Assembly (NCBI GenBank): GCA_030390025.1
Contig: CM059430.1
Span: 4,588,001 to 4,652,000 of the forward strand
Length of the DNA: 64,000 nucleotides
Direction of reading: 5' to 3'
Origin: Squalus acanthias
Lineage: Eukaryota
Within the stretch, counting starts at the first letter, position 1. The number at the start of each line of letters is the position of its first letter. The notes under the pieces were generated by a model, which was given only the letters and a program-made list of their open reading frames with translations, searched no databases and was not told the DNA's origin. Positions 52,061 to 64,000 of this stretch are shown here, one piece after another. Position numbers and translations under genes: made by a program.

Positions 52061-52893
52061 GGGCAGAATTTTCATTGACCCGTGGAGGCGGGTTTGGAGG
52101 CGTGTGGGGGGTTAAAATAGTAGATTCGGGGGTCCCGGACCCATCCCGCCTCCATGCCAGTTTTCCAGGAGGCGGGTACCCGACCTGTGCTGGGACCCGC
52201 CTCCCCGAGGCGGGAAGGGGATTAGTGCCAATAAACTGCCTGTTAACAGGTAGTTAACAGGCAGTTTTTTGCCTAATCCCTATTTTTAGCCCTGAAGTGT
52301 GGACTTCCCGACAGGTCCGAACCACGCTGATTTAGCGAGGCGGACCGTCGGTCTGGAGGGCTTGGAGGGGTCGAGATGTCCGGTGTGCAGGTGAGTGATG
52401 GGTGCATGAGTGCAGAGGTAAGTGTGTTTGGTGTGTGTAAAGTGTTTTAAGAACTTGTACTTACCTTAACTTTGTCCTGCAGGCTAGCTTCCTGAAGGTG
52501 TCAGGAGTCCCTCACATCCACAGCACAGAAAGCAGAATGGCCGCGGAGCTGTCAAAAGCTGCAGTCTCAGCTTTCTGTGCTAGATTGATTTCTAACTGGG
52601 TCTAAGTACAGGGACTCACGTTAGAAATCATATTGTCAGTGATTGACAGCTTCACAGAGCTGTCAAACGCTGAAATTTCATCTGTCAAAAGCTCTTGACA
52701 GATGAAATTTCAATGGCTGACGTCACCTGTATCCAAGGGACCCTTGATTGGCCTGCTAAGCCCACTGGGCGGGCTTAACAAGGTCAATCAAGGGAAAATA
52801 CAGTGGGTTGGCCACAAGTCGATGGAGGCAGGACTACAACCCAAAAAGTGGGAGTCCCGCCTCCATCACGTCCCCATTGACAAAATCTAGCCC
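52061..52893. mobile_element. Harbinger-type MITE, family B
   Basis: TIRs GGGCAGAATTTT / AAAATCTAGCCC, 5' block nearly identical to 33881, internal perfect hairpins. Confidence 0.8.
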
Positions 52894-52997
52894 TTTATGT
52901 TTCACCTGCCACAAATTCTTTGATTATGCATTTGTGAGCTCCCATGGCATTGTTCATGTTGAGCGAGAGGATGTGGCAGTAGTATGTGAAAGATATG

Positions 52998-53467
52998 GGG
53001 CCATAATTTGCTGTAAAAATGAATCTAACGATGCCTGCCGTTAGTTAGACTTGCCCTTTCCTGTTTAATCTCGGCGATATTTTGCGCCGCAAATTGCTGA
53101 CAGCGCAAGATGATAACGGCGCAGCGAGGGAAACCGGGCTTAATTAAATATGTGGGGACCTTAAATGGCTTCCAAAGGCTCCTTGCGTTTCTCCAGACCT
53201 GCTCTAACTTTCTGTGGTGAGTTTAGTTCATATCTACCGCGCAAATACAACAACTTTACGCCGCTCAATGCGTTACAATGGTGAGGCAGACGGCGAGATG
53301 CAATTTTCTCAAAGCTAACAGTGGAGCGGTGCATCTGGGACAGCAACCTTTGGCTTTTTGTGTTTAATCGCTCATCTGCCCCTCGCCTGAAGTTGCTGTC
53401 GCGTTTGCGCATAAATAACGGCAAGCGCCATTAGCCTCACCGTCATTTTGACAGGAAATTCTGGGCC
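52998..53467 (-). mobile_element. Harbinger-type MITE, family A, internally deleted
   Basis: TIRs GGGCCATAATTTGCTGT / ACAGGAAATTCTGGGCC (14/17), 3-bp TSD ATG, and CTAACTTT.TGTG.TGAGTTTAGT and GCGGTGCATCT.GGACAG shared with 30664. Confidence 0.8.
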
Positions 53468-53904
53468 ATGGTGAGAGACGGGAAAGCAGCTGAACAATGG
53501 CTTTTGATTGGCCCAATCAGAAGTATCTGACAAAGGTTGTAGATGCACTAACGGTATGATGCATGCTAAACACAAGTTATATATACATGTCTGATACATT
53601 TCTTATTAATTCAAATAATATATCTTAACATATTTTTCAGGATATATGCAATTCCAACAAGTGTGTTAATTTTAAAACAAATGACCAAAAAATGCTATCA
53701 GCAAACACAAATCAAACTTTTGAGTAGGAATTCGAAAATATTTGATGAATAAAACATACCTAATAGTTCTCAACGTTGTTTGCTGTTGAAAAAGCTCGTG
53801 TATATAAGATGCAACTTTTGTAGCACAGCATATGTTGCAGAGTGGAAGCAACGTCATACTGAAGTCAACAGTCCAAATAAAGTTAATACATAGCAAATGA
53901 CTTG

Positions 53905-54035
53905 GAGGGACAGGGCTATGGGGAAAAAGCAGGGGAGTGGAACTAATTGGATAGCTCTTTCAAAGAGCCGACACAGGCACGATGGGCCAAATGGCCTCCT
54001 TCTGTGCTGTAAAATTCTACGAATCAATGATTCTA
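53905..54035 (+). mobile_element. CR1 3' end
   Basis: GGGCTATGGGGAAAAAGCAGGGGAGTGG...GATGGGCCAAATGGCCTCCTTCTGTGCTGTAAAATTCTA. Confidence 0.85.
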
Positions 54036-54099
54036 AGAGGTGCAGAAGACATTACAGCTGTAAAAGTGAAATTACAGCTTTCACTTTCAGCCCAACCAG

Positions 54100-54600
54100 C
54101 CCATTAGCTTTTCTTTTTACAGCCTTATCAACCTGAAGTGCTGCCTTTAATATCCTGTGAACCTATATCCCCAAATCCCTCTGCTCTTCCATGGCACCAA
54201 GTCTACTTCCATTCAGAGCATAATTACTACTGTTATTTTTCTTAACCAAAATTTATCACCTCCCACTTACTGACAGTGAATGCTACTGCCCACTTTTTAG
54301 CCCGTTCCACCATCATATCAATATCCCTTTGCAGCTTCCTTTGGTCTTCTAAAGAATTAACTAGACCTCCTGTTTAGGCATCATCTGCAAATTTCAACAT
54401 CACTCCCTCTAAGCTTATATTCAAATCATTGATATACACAGCGAACAGAACTGGTCCCAGAACTGAACCCTGTGGGACACCACTACCCACTTCCAACGGC
54501 TCTGAAAAACTTACCTTAATTCATATTCTGTTTTCTCCCTTCTAATCAATTTTTAATCCAGTTTGCTATCCTCCTCCAAATTCCTTGTCTGCATAAAGCC
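54100..54600 (-). mobile_element. CR1 ORF2 RT fragment
   Basis: Minus strand reads VGSGVPQGSVLGPVLFAVYINDLNISLEGVMLKFADDAKTGG...KLQRDID. Confidence 0.9.
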
Positions 54601-54769
54601 TCTCTACAGCATGGATTTTTACTATCCCTTTCTCATGATTCTTTTGTCTAAGCTATCCCCTATATTTATTCAGTCTTTTCCCTGTTTATAACTGGTCCAT
54701 TTAACTTTATTCCTCTACTCCATATCCCTCTTACTGGATAGTTATGTGCATGACTAATATCCTCATCTA

Positions 54770-55330
54770 TTTCTCCCTTCACTATCAGCTGATCCTGTTT
54801 GATTTAATTTTCCCAGTGCCCCCTCCTTCCCAGTTTAAATCCCTAATTACTTCCCTGCTGAACATGTTGCCAGTACATGAGCACAACCCCTGTTCAGATG
54901 TAGCCAAGTCTTGCAGAATAGCTCCCATCTGTCCCAGAATTGGCTTCATAGCCCAACAAATTGGAATCCCTCTTCTTGACACCACACCTTTAGACATGCA
55001 TTGATTTCTCTAATCTTCTTGTCCTTCCCTATTCTAGCACATGGTTGGGGAAGTAATCCTGAGATTACCACCTGTGAAGTCCTGCTCCTAAACTTGTTTC
55101 TTAAACTCATAAATGCATTTTTGCAGGATATCAGGCCTTTCTTCACCTACATCATTAGTTCCTATATGGACCACAATAACTGTTTTTCCCCTCCCCTTTT
55201 CCAGTCTATGTAATATGTCCCTTACCCTCGAACCTGCGAGGCAACAAAGCATCTGGAACTGTTGGTCCGGATTGCGAAAGATCATGGCAGCTTGTCTAAC
55301 TATTGAATCTCCTATCACTGCTGTGTTTAA
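54770..55330 (-). mobile_element. CR1 ORF1 SGNH-esterase domain relic
   Basis: IGDSIVR...CCLAGSRVRDI...VVHIGTNDVG...VVISGLLP...INACLKVWCQEEGFQF, the GDS and GTND blocks of the CR1 ORF1 esterase. Confidence 0.88.
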
Positions 55331-56746
55331 ATACCTGTTACTTTTTATAGTTACTATTTATTCCTTCGGTTTGGAAACTGTCAGTTACTAAATGACATGT
55401 AGAGTTTTTCTAGGTCATCAAACTATGGGGAAGGTGATGTTACTAATTGGGCATTACATATCAACATAGGAAGGTGTGTTAATTGGCTAGTGACTTGTAG
55501 AAAAGTGTTAGGTGCATCTAGAAATCTGGTTATTTTTCACCCTGTGTATTTGACAAGGCCATATATAATTGATAATATCCAAATAGTTTACAGTGTTTCC
55601 AAAACTGTGTTTTTAATACCGCATTTGATACAGAGAAAATGCATGAAATTAGGAATCAGGTAAGTCCTTGACAAAATTCCTGTATTACTTTATTGGAGAA
55701 AAAAAGTACGATGTACTTCATATTTGGAAGTCTATCTTCCATGCACATCTCTTAACTCTCTCCCCACCAGTGAACCAGGAGATACAATTTTGTTTAGTAA
55801 TGCAACACACCAAGGAAATGGCTTCTCCTCACAATTTTAATATGTTCTTTTCTACAACTTCATACAGGGTGCATCAACCAACTATGCCTTTAATGTGACT
55901 GAACCACCATATACTACAAATGATTAAGGAATCGCTTCTTGCATGCTGTTCTCGAGTCAGTCGGACATGGTCCGCAACATGACAAACAAAACTGGTGACA
56001 AGAGTAGTAGTCTGCGAGTGGCTGGCTGCTCACTGTGCCATTTTAGATCTTGGAAACACAGCAATCAGAAAGAATTTGAGAGAAAACAGTGGGAGTTCTA
56101 AAACCCAGCTAATCTGGCAGTTCTGATGGTTTTCTTATTATGTGTAATTCAGGCATGATTTTCCTGTAAAAATCATGCAAAATGCAGAATAAAAGAGGGC
56201 CTGTGGAAGCACTATTATATTGTCCTATAAAGAGCTCAGTTTATCAGTTTTTCCCCTACTCTCCACTCAGGATTTTCTTAAAATACTATATAACCTTTGC
56301 GCAAGACCTGAAAATGAAATATATCCTTTTATCCAGAATATAGGGATAACTATTCCCATTAAAATAAGGTCCCTCTCCTCCATCCATTTTGCACATTATG
56401 TTCTGTTGCCTCACAGTAACCCACACCACATGCCATTCCCGAGCTCAGAATTCCCAGTAAAGCAATTTATTCTCAGGCTTCTGTCAATACCACTTGAACT
56501 AAAAGGAGATGCACTAGAGCAGTATGAGTTAACTCATTCTTAGATTGTTTTGCTCCCTCTTTCTGGAGAAGCCACAATGCCTCTACTCAGCACCTTCTGT
56601 AGAAGGCATGGCTAAGACTGCAATTTATGTGTATGATGAATTACATGTGAACCAACATGCTAACACTCCACAGAATAGCAGACAATCTCACAAACTGAGT
56701 TGCAATATCGCAAGCAGATTCCACAAATTGAAAAAAATATACTTTG

Positions 56747-57437
56747 GCCCCGGAATTTGCGGTTGTAATGACGCAAAACTGTCAGCGTTCGCTGTCATTA
56801 CTGTGTAAAACTGACAGCAACTTCTGGCATCCACACGTCCGCAGTTAAACGGTGAAATCCGGAAGTTGCTGTCAGTGATACCCTGCTCCTCCACAGGGTG
56901 CGCTGTTGCAGTCTTCACAGATGGAATCAACACAGAATCAGTGATTTGACGGGATCTTCAACCATTGAAAAAGTTAAGCCTTGTTGAATGCGGTGTAACT
57001 GAGTTTTTAACGACATACCATGTCATAATTACTGCTGAACAACCTCTCTGGCCATGAAAAATGAATTTATTAAGTGTGGAATGTCATTCCCTCCATTCCA
57101 TGATAAAAAATTCCATAGATTTTTAAAAGAATCCCATTTGTATGTCTCAATCTTTATTTAGTTTTCTGTAAAATGATTAAAAAGTGAATGATAAAACCTG
57201 CTTTTTACTTCCTGGTTTGCTGTCTGTGAGAATTCTTCAATGTGATTGGCTGCTCAGCTTGCTTGATGACATCACTGTTGCTGAACGCCATAGATCCCCT
57301 ATAGATGGCACCAGATGGAAAGTCACGTTGGAAAAGGGGAAATCGATACCACAGAGCCCACTAAAACTTTGTGGACAGCTTTCTTCGAGGAAAGCGGTGA
57401 GCGCCGTCACTTCGCCGCTGACCGCAAAATCCGTGCC
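56747..57437 (+). mobile_element. Harbinger-type MITE, family A
   Basis: TIRs GCCCCGGAATTTGCGGT / ACCGCAAAATCCGTGCC, and internal CTTCCTGGTTTGCTGTCTGTGAGAATTC...GATTGGCTGCTCAG shared with 18869. Confidence 0.8.
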
Positions 57438-57747
57438 AATGTCTCTTTACCCCTTCTCTGCTCCACAACATTTTCCCTCCCCTCTCTACCCCAGACAAAT
57501 AAATCTACTACCTTTGTCAAATTGCCAGCCTGCAGATATATCCATTGACACCATCAATGCTGCTCCTCGACTGAATTGCCAGGAAGCAGGATTGAGCGAT
57601 GTTGAAAGGGATCCCATTTGATGTACTTTCTCCCTTTATCCCAAACAATCCAGACAAGACTGTGAAACAATCCCTCGGGAAAGTTTAAGTGTAGCTGCCA
57701 GTTTTTACACTTGGGACTCTCCAGTTCAGAGTCCAACACTGGTAGCA

Positions 57748-57960
57748 AGAAAACCAAAATGCTGGATATACACAGCTGGCAGATCAGCAGCTGAGAAAAG
57801 TAAAGGCAGGTTAATGTTTCAGGTGTTTGACCTTTTATAAGAAAGCTGACAGAACAGTCTCTACCATGAAATGTTAACCCGTTTTCTCTCTTTAGATGCC
57901 GACTGATTTACTGCGCACTTCCAACATTTGCTTTTATTTCAGCTTTCCAGAATTTGTACT
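57748..57960. mobile_element. Inverted pair of degenerate Penelope-like termini
   Basis: A minus copy (AGGTTAATGTTTCAGGTG...) abuts a plus copy (TGAAATGTTAACCCGTTTTCTCTCTTTAGATGCCGACTGA), both resembling 32484-32634. Confidence 0.6.
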
Positions 57961-58811
57961 TTTTTTCACTTTTTAACTGCCATTGGAACAACCAATCATC
58001 TTCTCAAGAGAAACATCAATTCTACATTTTCACTAACAAGGTTTGAAAGGATCACTGCTTTCAAAACAGTTACTTTGAGGATTTTGACATGTGTCCTTGT
58101 GATACAAAAACTTACTGCATAGTTCACGCACACAATTATACATGAGAAACACAGCCATGTATTATTTTCCTTTGAAAGTGAATTCTTTCCTTAAGAACCT
58201 GTCACAGTAATAAACTGCATACCTTAATCATGGTAATGTGGAAAACAATGCTTCAGATAAATTAAATGAAGCATTTTATGCTTACAATTAGTTTTATTAA
58301 ATGGATGTTTTAGCTAAAAAAATAGCTCATTTATCCATCCCGAATTCAAGAAAATGCACAGGTATAACAATGCCATATACATGAATGATGAGGTCTGTAT
58401 TACCGGCTTAATGAATAAAAATCTCCTGTGGATTTTAATAGCTTCAATATTCTTACCAGGTATAAATCACGTACAAATATTAGGGTTTATTAGCTATTAA
58501 ATCATCACAAAACAGTTAAATACACACATACCACTTGAACAAAATTTGTATATCAATTGTTTTCTGCTTGCTTTCAACAAAATCAATGCACAAATGGACT
58601 TAAGTGATAAAACAACACATTTGTTTCTCCAAGTCATGTCATGCCTATTGTATAATACAAGACTGTTAATAAACTTTTGATGTACTTTGTACAGGCAGCA
58701 ATGGTGTGTACACAACTTAGATAAATGCCCTGTACACGCACATGTTTTTAGATTTATTGGATCAACAATACAGAACTTCATTTTCCTTTCCTTCATGAAA
58801 ACATTTTAAAA

Positions 58812-58842
<31 letters not shown>

Positions 58843-61800
58843 TAATTGCCATATCATAGAAACCATTCATATTTCTTTGAGTATGTGTTTTTTTAATGTA
58901 ACCCCTATATGCTCGGATTTAATTTTGCTTTATAAAATGTCACACTTTCCCCTACACAAATAACAACCTTTGTCCTCTGCAACCTTTGTTTGAGGGTTTC
59001 AAGCACAAAACATTTAAAACAATTTCTCTATGGCAAGTTAAAGCAATAAATCGGGCACAACTTCAGCCCACCTTTTCCCATATAACACAGAGAATGACAA
59101 GCATGACTGTTCATTTTACAACATCAATCATTCCAAATGAAATAATTAAAACTCCAGACAAAAGTCACCAGAGAATTTCTTAAAAGGGTAATTTTTTTCT
59201 CTACTTCAGCAGTAACAGTTTTTATACATCTCTTAATCATAATCTGATTTTAATTATTGGAGCACCCTTAATATACCAAAGTATCCTTTAATTTTCTATT
59301 AAAATGCCGTGGAATGAAACAGCATCTTTAATTTGTTTGGAAAGCCTTTCAACAAACTGTAAATCTGATAGTCGCGTCCATAAGACACAAGACAAAATCC
59401 TAAGATTCGAAAAGGCAAATTCCAAATCCTAAAGGATTGCTAGAGGGTGACCTGGGTTTAACGGCATTTATTGTGTAGGCAAAAAGAAAATGAGCAAAAA
59501 TACAAAAGAGAAGCCGCCCTTCCAGAAAACATGCAAAATAGCAGTAAATAAACAGGTTTATCCTCAATGTACTGAAAACCATTATGGAAGGCAGACTTGT
59601 GTCCTCATATTCCATAGAGTATGAACAGTAGTTGAAATTTCACAAGTTGTTCATATCATGCCACGCAATTATTACTGATATTATAGAAAAGGCGCACAGA
59701 TATCATGGTAGATTTAAAATTATAGTATATCTATACCATAATGTCTGCCACAAGACAATATTTGATAACATAAAGAATCACCTGGACTGTATTTAATTTG
59801 TGTTTAAGTCAACTAAAAAAATTATAAAATAACCCTGGCATCAATGGTAAAATCAAATTGTTTTGCTAAACCATTTAGGAGCGAGTGAAAAATAAGTTTA
59901 CAAAATACAGATCTCTGTATATTCTAAATACTTCAGCCCGTGCAAACTACATTTCAACAGAATAACTCTCTCATCCGGTTACAATTTCCTAGTGAGGAAT
60001 TCTATTAGTTGTAAGTGCCCACGACTGATTTTATGAAATACAAGAGCAAATGCTGCGATCCCGTGTTCCGAGTGGGGAGCTGCACTCAAAAGAAGCGGCC
60101 TGTTAGAGACATGGCTACAATTCTGCCTTTGAGTGTGGCCCTTGCTGGGAGCGCTGATTTTACCCTCCGCTGATTATACTCCCCCAAATGTATACATAGC
60201 TTCAAAATGACTGTTGATCGTTTTAGCAGACAAAAGCTTCTGTTAACCATTTCTTGGCCCTGGCAGACAAACACTGCCCTTTGAGTATGATGCCAACAGT
60301 TTCGCAGTCTCTGTCCACTGTTTTAACAGAAGTGTTAATCCAGGATGGGTTAATGCCTCCAACAAAATAGCAGGCAAAGGAATGGCATATGAGTGCATTA
60401 ATGGTTCATCTGCTTAAATTGGCAACAGTAGGTTCATATCTTTTGTTTATTAATGTATTTTTGTAGCTGCTGTCATAAGGTATGAGTCGGCTCAAACATG
60501 CAGACCCTTTTATTTTCCTTTGTTGTAAATTTCCTAAACTGAGCACGTACAAAACTATGCTCTGCAAGTAAATAAATTCTCCTGGCAAAAACTTTGAAAC
60601 TATCATTATGAATTATGAAGTAAGAAAAAGGTTCACGCTGACATGTATATTTCTTTGAGTACCTGTCTGTTTTTAATATAATTGCGAACTTCTGAACACC
60701 AGGCAGAAATCATTTTCACAAACAGAAGAAATCATATGATGCAGAAGAAATAATTCAGGTGAACTTTGGGTCAATTTTAGACAATTATCTCGAACTGTGA
60801 TGAATTATTTTTTCTCTCTCAATAAATCTATGAGTAATTGAGGAGCTATTAATTAATAATAAAAATCAACCGATACCCTGGAGAGTGGCATTAATTATGA
60901 ATATAAAAAACTGTCATTATTAAAATGAAACATTTCCATTTCAAGGTAGGTGATAAGCATTTTTAATGCAAATGATATTTAGCACTTTTTATTCATGCCA
61001 TTTTAAAATGAGCACAAAAAATGTTCAGTTAACCATTTCTTGGACAAACAGACAAAAACTGTCCATCAAGTATGATGGCAACAGTTTCAAAGTCTCTTTA
61101 TTGTTAAAATTAAAACAAACAAGAAGATTGGCAATGTGCATAACAACAGTGACTGCACCTCAAAATAATTATTTGTTTGTACATTTTTTGGGGACATTTC
61201 TGAGAAATGGGATATCTTGCATTTACAAGTTAGGTTGCCTTTATGAAAAAAAAACTGGCAAACCAATATCAGCAAAAGATGGAACTTACCTCAGCCTGGG
61301 AGGTGGCAAATGCCAGTTTGCATGATGAATGCTCATCAGAGACTCTTTGAATCATTTGATAGCGAAGAGTGGGTTGAATGTCCAATCAGCCTGGCAGGTC
61401 AAAGATAGTCCGTTTGACAAGTCCAAATATCCATTCCTGTGGTGAAGAATGTAAATTTGCTATCAGCAAACTTGGCACATTTACTTTATCACATGGTTGG
61501 TTCTTCAGTAATGTGTTACAAATTGCATTTTCATTTTAAAGAGAGTAATATTTATCATACAACTAACATTTGATTCTCTTCACATCCTATTCTGTAACAT
61601 TTGGCAAGGTAGTTCTGTCAACCTTATTTGCACCAGAGAGTAGATACAAAATATAGTGACGTAGAAACCTCAATCAAACATCCTGAAAGGACTGATAATG
61701 ATGGGAGTGTCATTAAACACATGGCTCTTTGACGTATGCTGTTTCTTGACATCATGAAACACACATCAGACAATGGACATTCAAAAACACTCTTGGGGCA

Positions 61801-62209
61801 TAGAAGATTTTTTAGAAGAAAAATGTCGATTGTTGAGTAAAGGTTCTGACGATGGTTCCTCTTGTGTGTGACGGTGAAGGTTAGAAAATGACAGTTTAGT
61901 GGTGGCAGCAGCACGTCTTGCCTGTCTAGTGATTCAATGTTGAACCATCAAGGAAAAGGTTCTCTGAGATACGGGGAAGATTCACCAAGGCACATCAACC
62001 TGCAATCAGAGTAGCAGCTATGATGTAAAAGATGATGTCTACAGTGTTGTACCCTGGTGAACGAGTGCAACTAAGAAAAAAATGGGGATGCATGCTTTGC
62101 ACTCCCCAATACACTTGCTGGTTTCAAAAGAACTAGAGAGGGGTCAATAGCCAAGAGTTATAGTTTATATGCAACATTGTTTGTACTGCTGTTTGTGAAG
62201 AGCAATCCA

Positions 62210-62965
62210 GTAAGTCTCACTCCCCTGCTCTTTCCCCATATCCCTGCAATTTTTTCTCCTTCAAGTATTTATCCAATTCCCTTTTGAAGGCTACTATTGA
62301 ATCTGTTTCCACCACCCTATCAGGCAGTGCATTCCAAATCCTAACCACTCATTGTGTAAAAAAACTTTTCCTCGTGTCGCCTCTGGTTCTTTTGCCAATC
62401 ACCTTAAATCTGTGCCCTCTCGTTATCGGCACTTCAGCCATTAGAAACAGTTTCTCTTTATTTACTCTATCTAAACCCTTCATGATTTTAAACACCTCTA
62501 TCAAATCTCCTCTTAGCCTTCTCTGCTCCAAGGAGAACAATCCCAGCTTCTCCAGTTTATCCACGTAACTGTAATCTCTCATCCCTGGAACTATTCTAGT
62601 AAATCTCTTCTGTACCCTCTGCAAAGCCTTCACATCCTTCCTAAAGTTTGGAGCTCAGAATTGGACACAATACTCCAGCTGGGGTCAAACTCGGGTTTTA
62701 TATAGGTATAGCATAATATATTAGCTTTTGTAGTCTATGCCTCTATTTATAAAGCCCAGGATCCCATATGCTTTATTAACTGCTTTGTCAACCTGTCCTG
62801 CCCCCTTCAAAGATTTATGCACAAGTACCCCCAGGTCTCTCTCTTTTTGCATCCCCTTTAAAATTGTACCATTTAGCATGTATTGTCTCTCCCCATTCTT
62901 CCTACCAAAATGTATCACCTCACACTTTCCTGCATTGAATTTCATCTGCCATGTGTCTGCCCGAT
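62210..62965 (-). mobile_element. CR1 LINE ORF2 3' fragment
   Basis: WQMKFNAGKCEVIHFGRKN...ERDLGVLVHKSLK and ALQRVQKRFTRIVPGMRDYSY...LEQRRLRGDLIEVFKIMKG...FFTQ. Confidence 0.93.
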
Positions 62966-64000
62966 TGAGCCTAGATATCTCTGAAGACTGACATGGACCA
63001 AGCAAAATGGGTTTGTGCCTAGTGAAAATTAATTCATGCCAAAAATTGCCCATTACTCAACACTAATTGGTAGTCTTACTCAACAGAACACAAGTATGGT
63101 TACTGCAGGAAGTGAAAATGGTAATACTGGTGCAGTGAGGAGTAATCCTCTGAATCTGGCATTAAGGTGCATTGTTCCCCTTTAATATGTTGCTTGTCTC
63201 TTTTAGATTCACTTCAGTTCTATGCTGTCGGCTCATGTCAGTTCTGTCCTAGGAGTGCCAAAAACACGACTGCCGCATAGAGAGAAAATAGTCAGATTGA
63301 AAAGTAGAGTAAAAGAAGCAAACAGAATATAAACGTAAGCACAAATTAGTCACATAAACTAAAAACAGTGCAGCAGTGAACATAAAACTTGGACTTTCAT
63401 GGAAGAAATCACGAGAGACGATAAAATGTTATTTATATTGATAAAGAAAGAAACAAAAATGGGATTATAAAACTGGTACTGTATAATTTAAAAAAATTAG
63501 CTTTCATTTTTAAACAACAATCTTGAATGATTTTTGACTTAAAAAATATTAAATCCTCCTTTTGCCAGTTCTGCTGGCCTTCACAGTCATAACAGATAGA
63601 CAGATGCAGTGGTTAACCCATCAAATCTACCCTCAACTTGTGTTGTGGAGAAAACAGAGCCACACAACCAGTGGCAAAGAACAGACAGCTGCTCCTCTGC
63701 CAGTTGGAACAATTCCACAATAGTGGGTCTGACAGAAAAGCAGGAGCTGCTAGTTCATTTTATTTATTTTACATTAAAGGTGCTTTACCTTTTTAATTAA
63801 TTGATTTAGAGGTATACATTTACAGGCTGAAATCAACGTGTTAACAATTGTGAGTCAGTCAGATAAATCCTTAAAATAACACACGTCACTTTGAGAGAGG
63901 TTTTATCCTTTTGTTTAAAGTTTTCAACATTTATTTTACCGTATAAAATCCTCAATTTTATAAGTACAATTGGTCCCTGATGTTATCCTCGGTTAGGCAC

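Noticed and set aside
61410-61436. EWIFGLVKR as a Merlin/IS1595 transposase WVFG motif
   Set aside because: Only a few residues match, and there are no other catalytic motifs or TIRs

Overview
Eukaryotic, AT-rich, non-coding vertebrate DNA. The repeat content (HE1-type V-SINEs with CR1 tails, a Deu-domain SINE, CR1 LINEs with (CATAGAAA)n tails, Penelope-like termini) points to a cartilaginous fish (shark/ray); this is an inference from recalled family features. I found no host protein-coding exon I can identify, so the window is probably intronic or intergenic. About 12-41.5 kb and 52-58 kb are rich in transposons: CR1, L2, Penelope-like relics, two solo LTRs, SINEs, and about a dozen GG(G)C-terminated TIR elements, several with 3-bp TSDs (PIF/Harbinger-type MITEs). 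There is also an internally deleted two-gene Harbinger (spliced Myb/SANT gene plus HARBI1-like transposase) at 40.3-41.4 kb. Blocks at about 1-11 kb, 43-51 kb and 58-61.6 kb are almost transposon-free and look like conserved regulatory DNA. The most notable items are intact minimal hammerhead-ribozyme motifs in Penelope termini, MITEs carrying series of perfect hairpins, nested insertions with readable TSDs, an inverted pair of young SINEs, a repeat/variable-spacer array at 51.1-51.65 kb, and a 147-nt exon-like segment with a single in-frame TGA. All calls were made by eye, without database searches.
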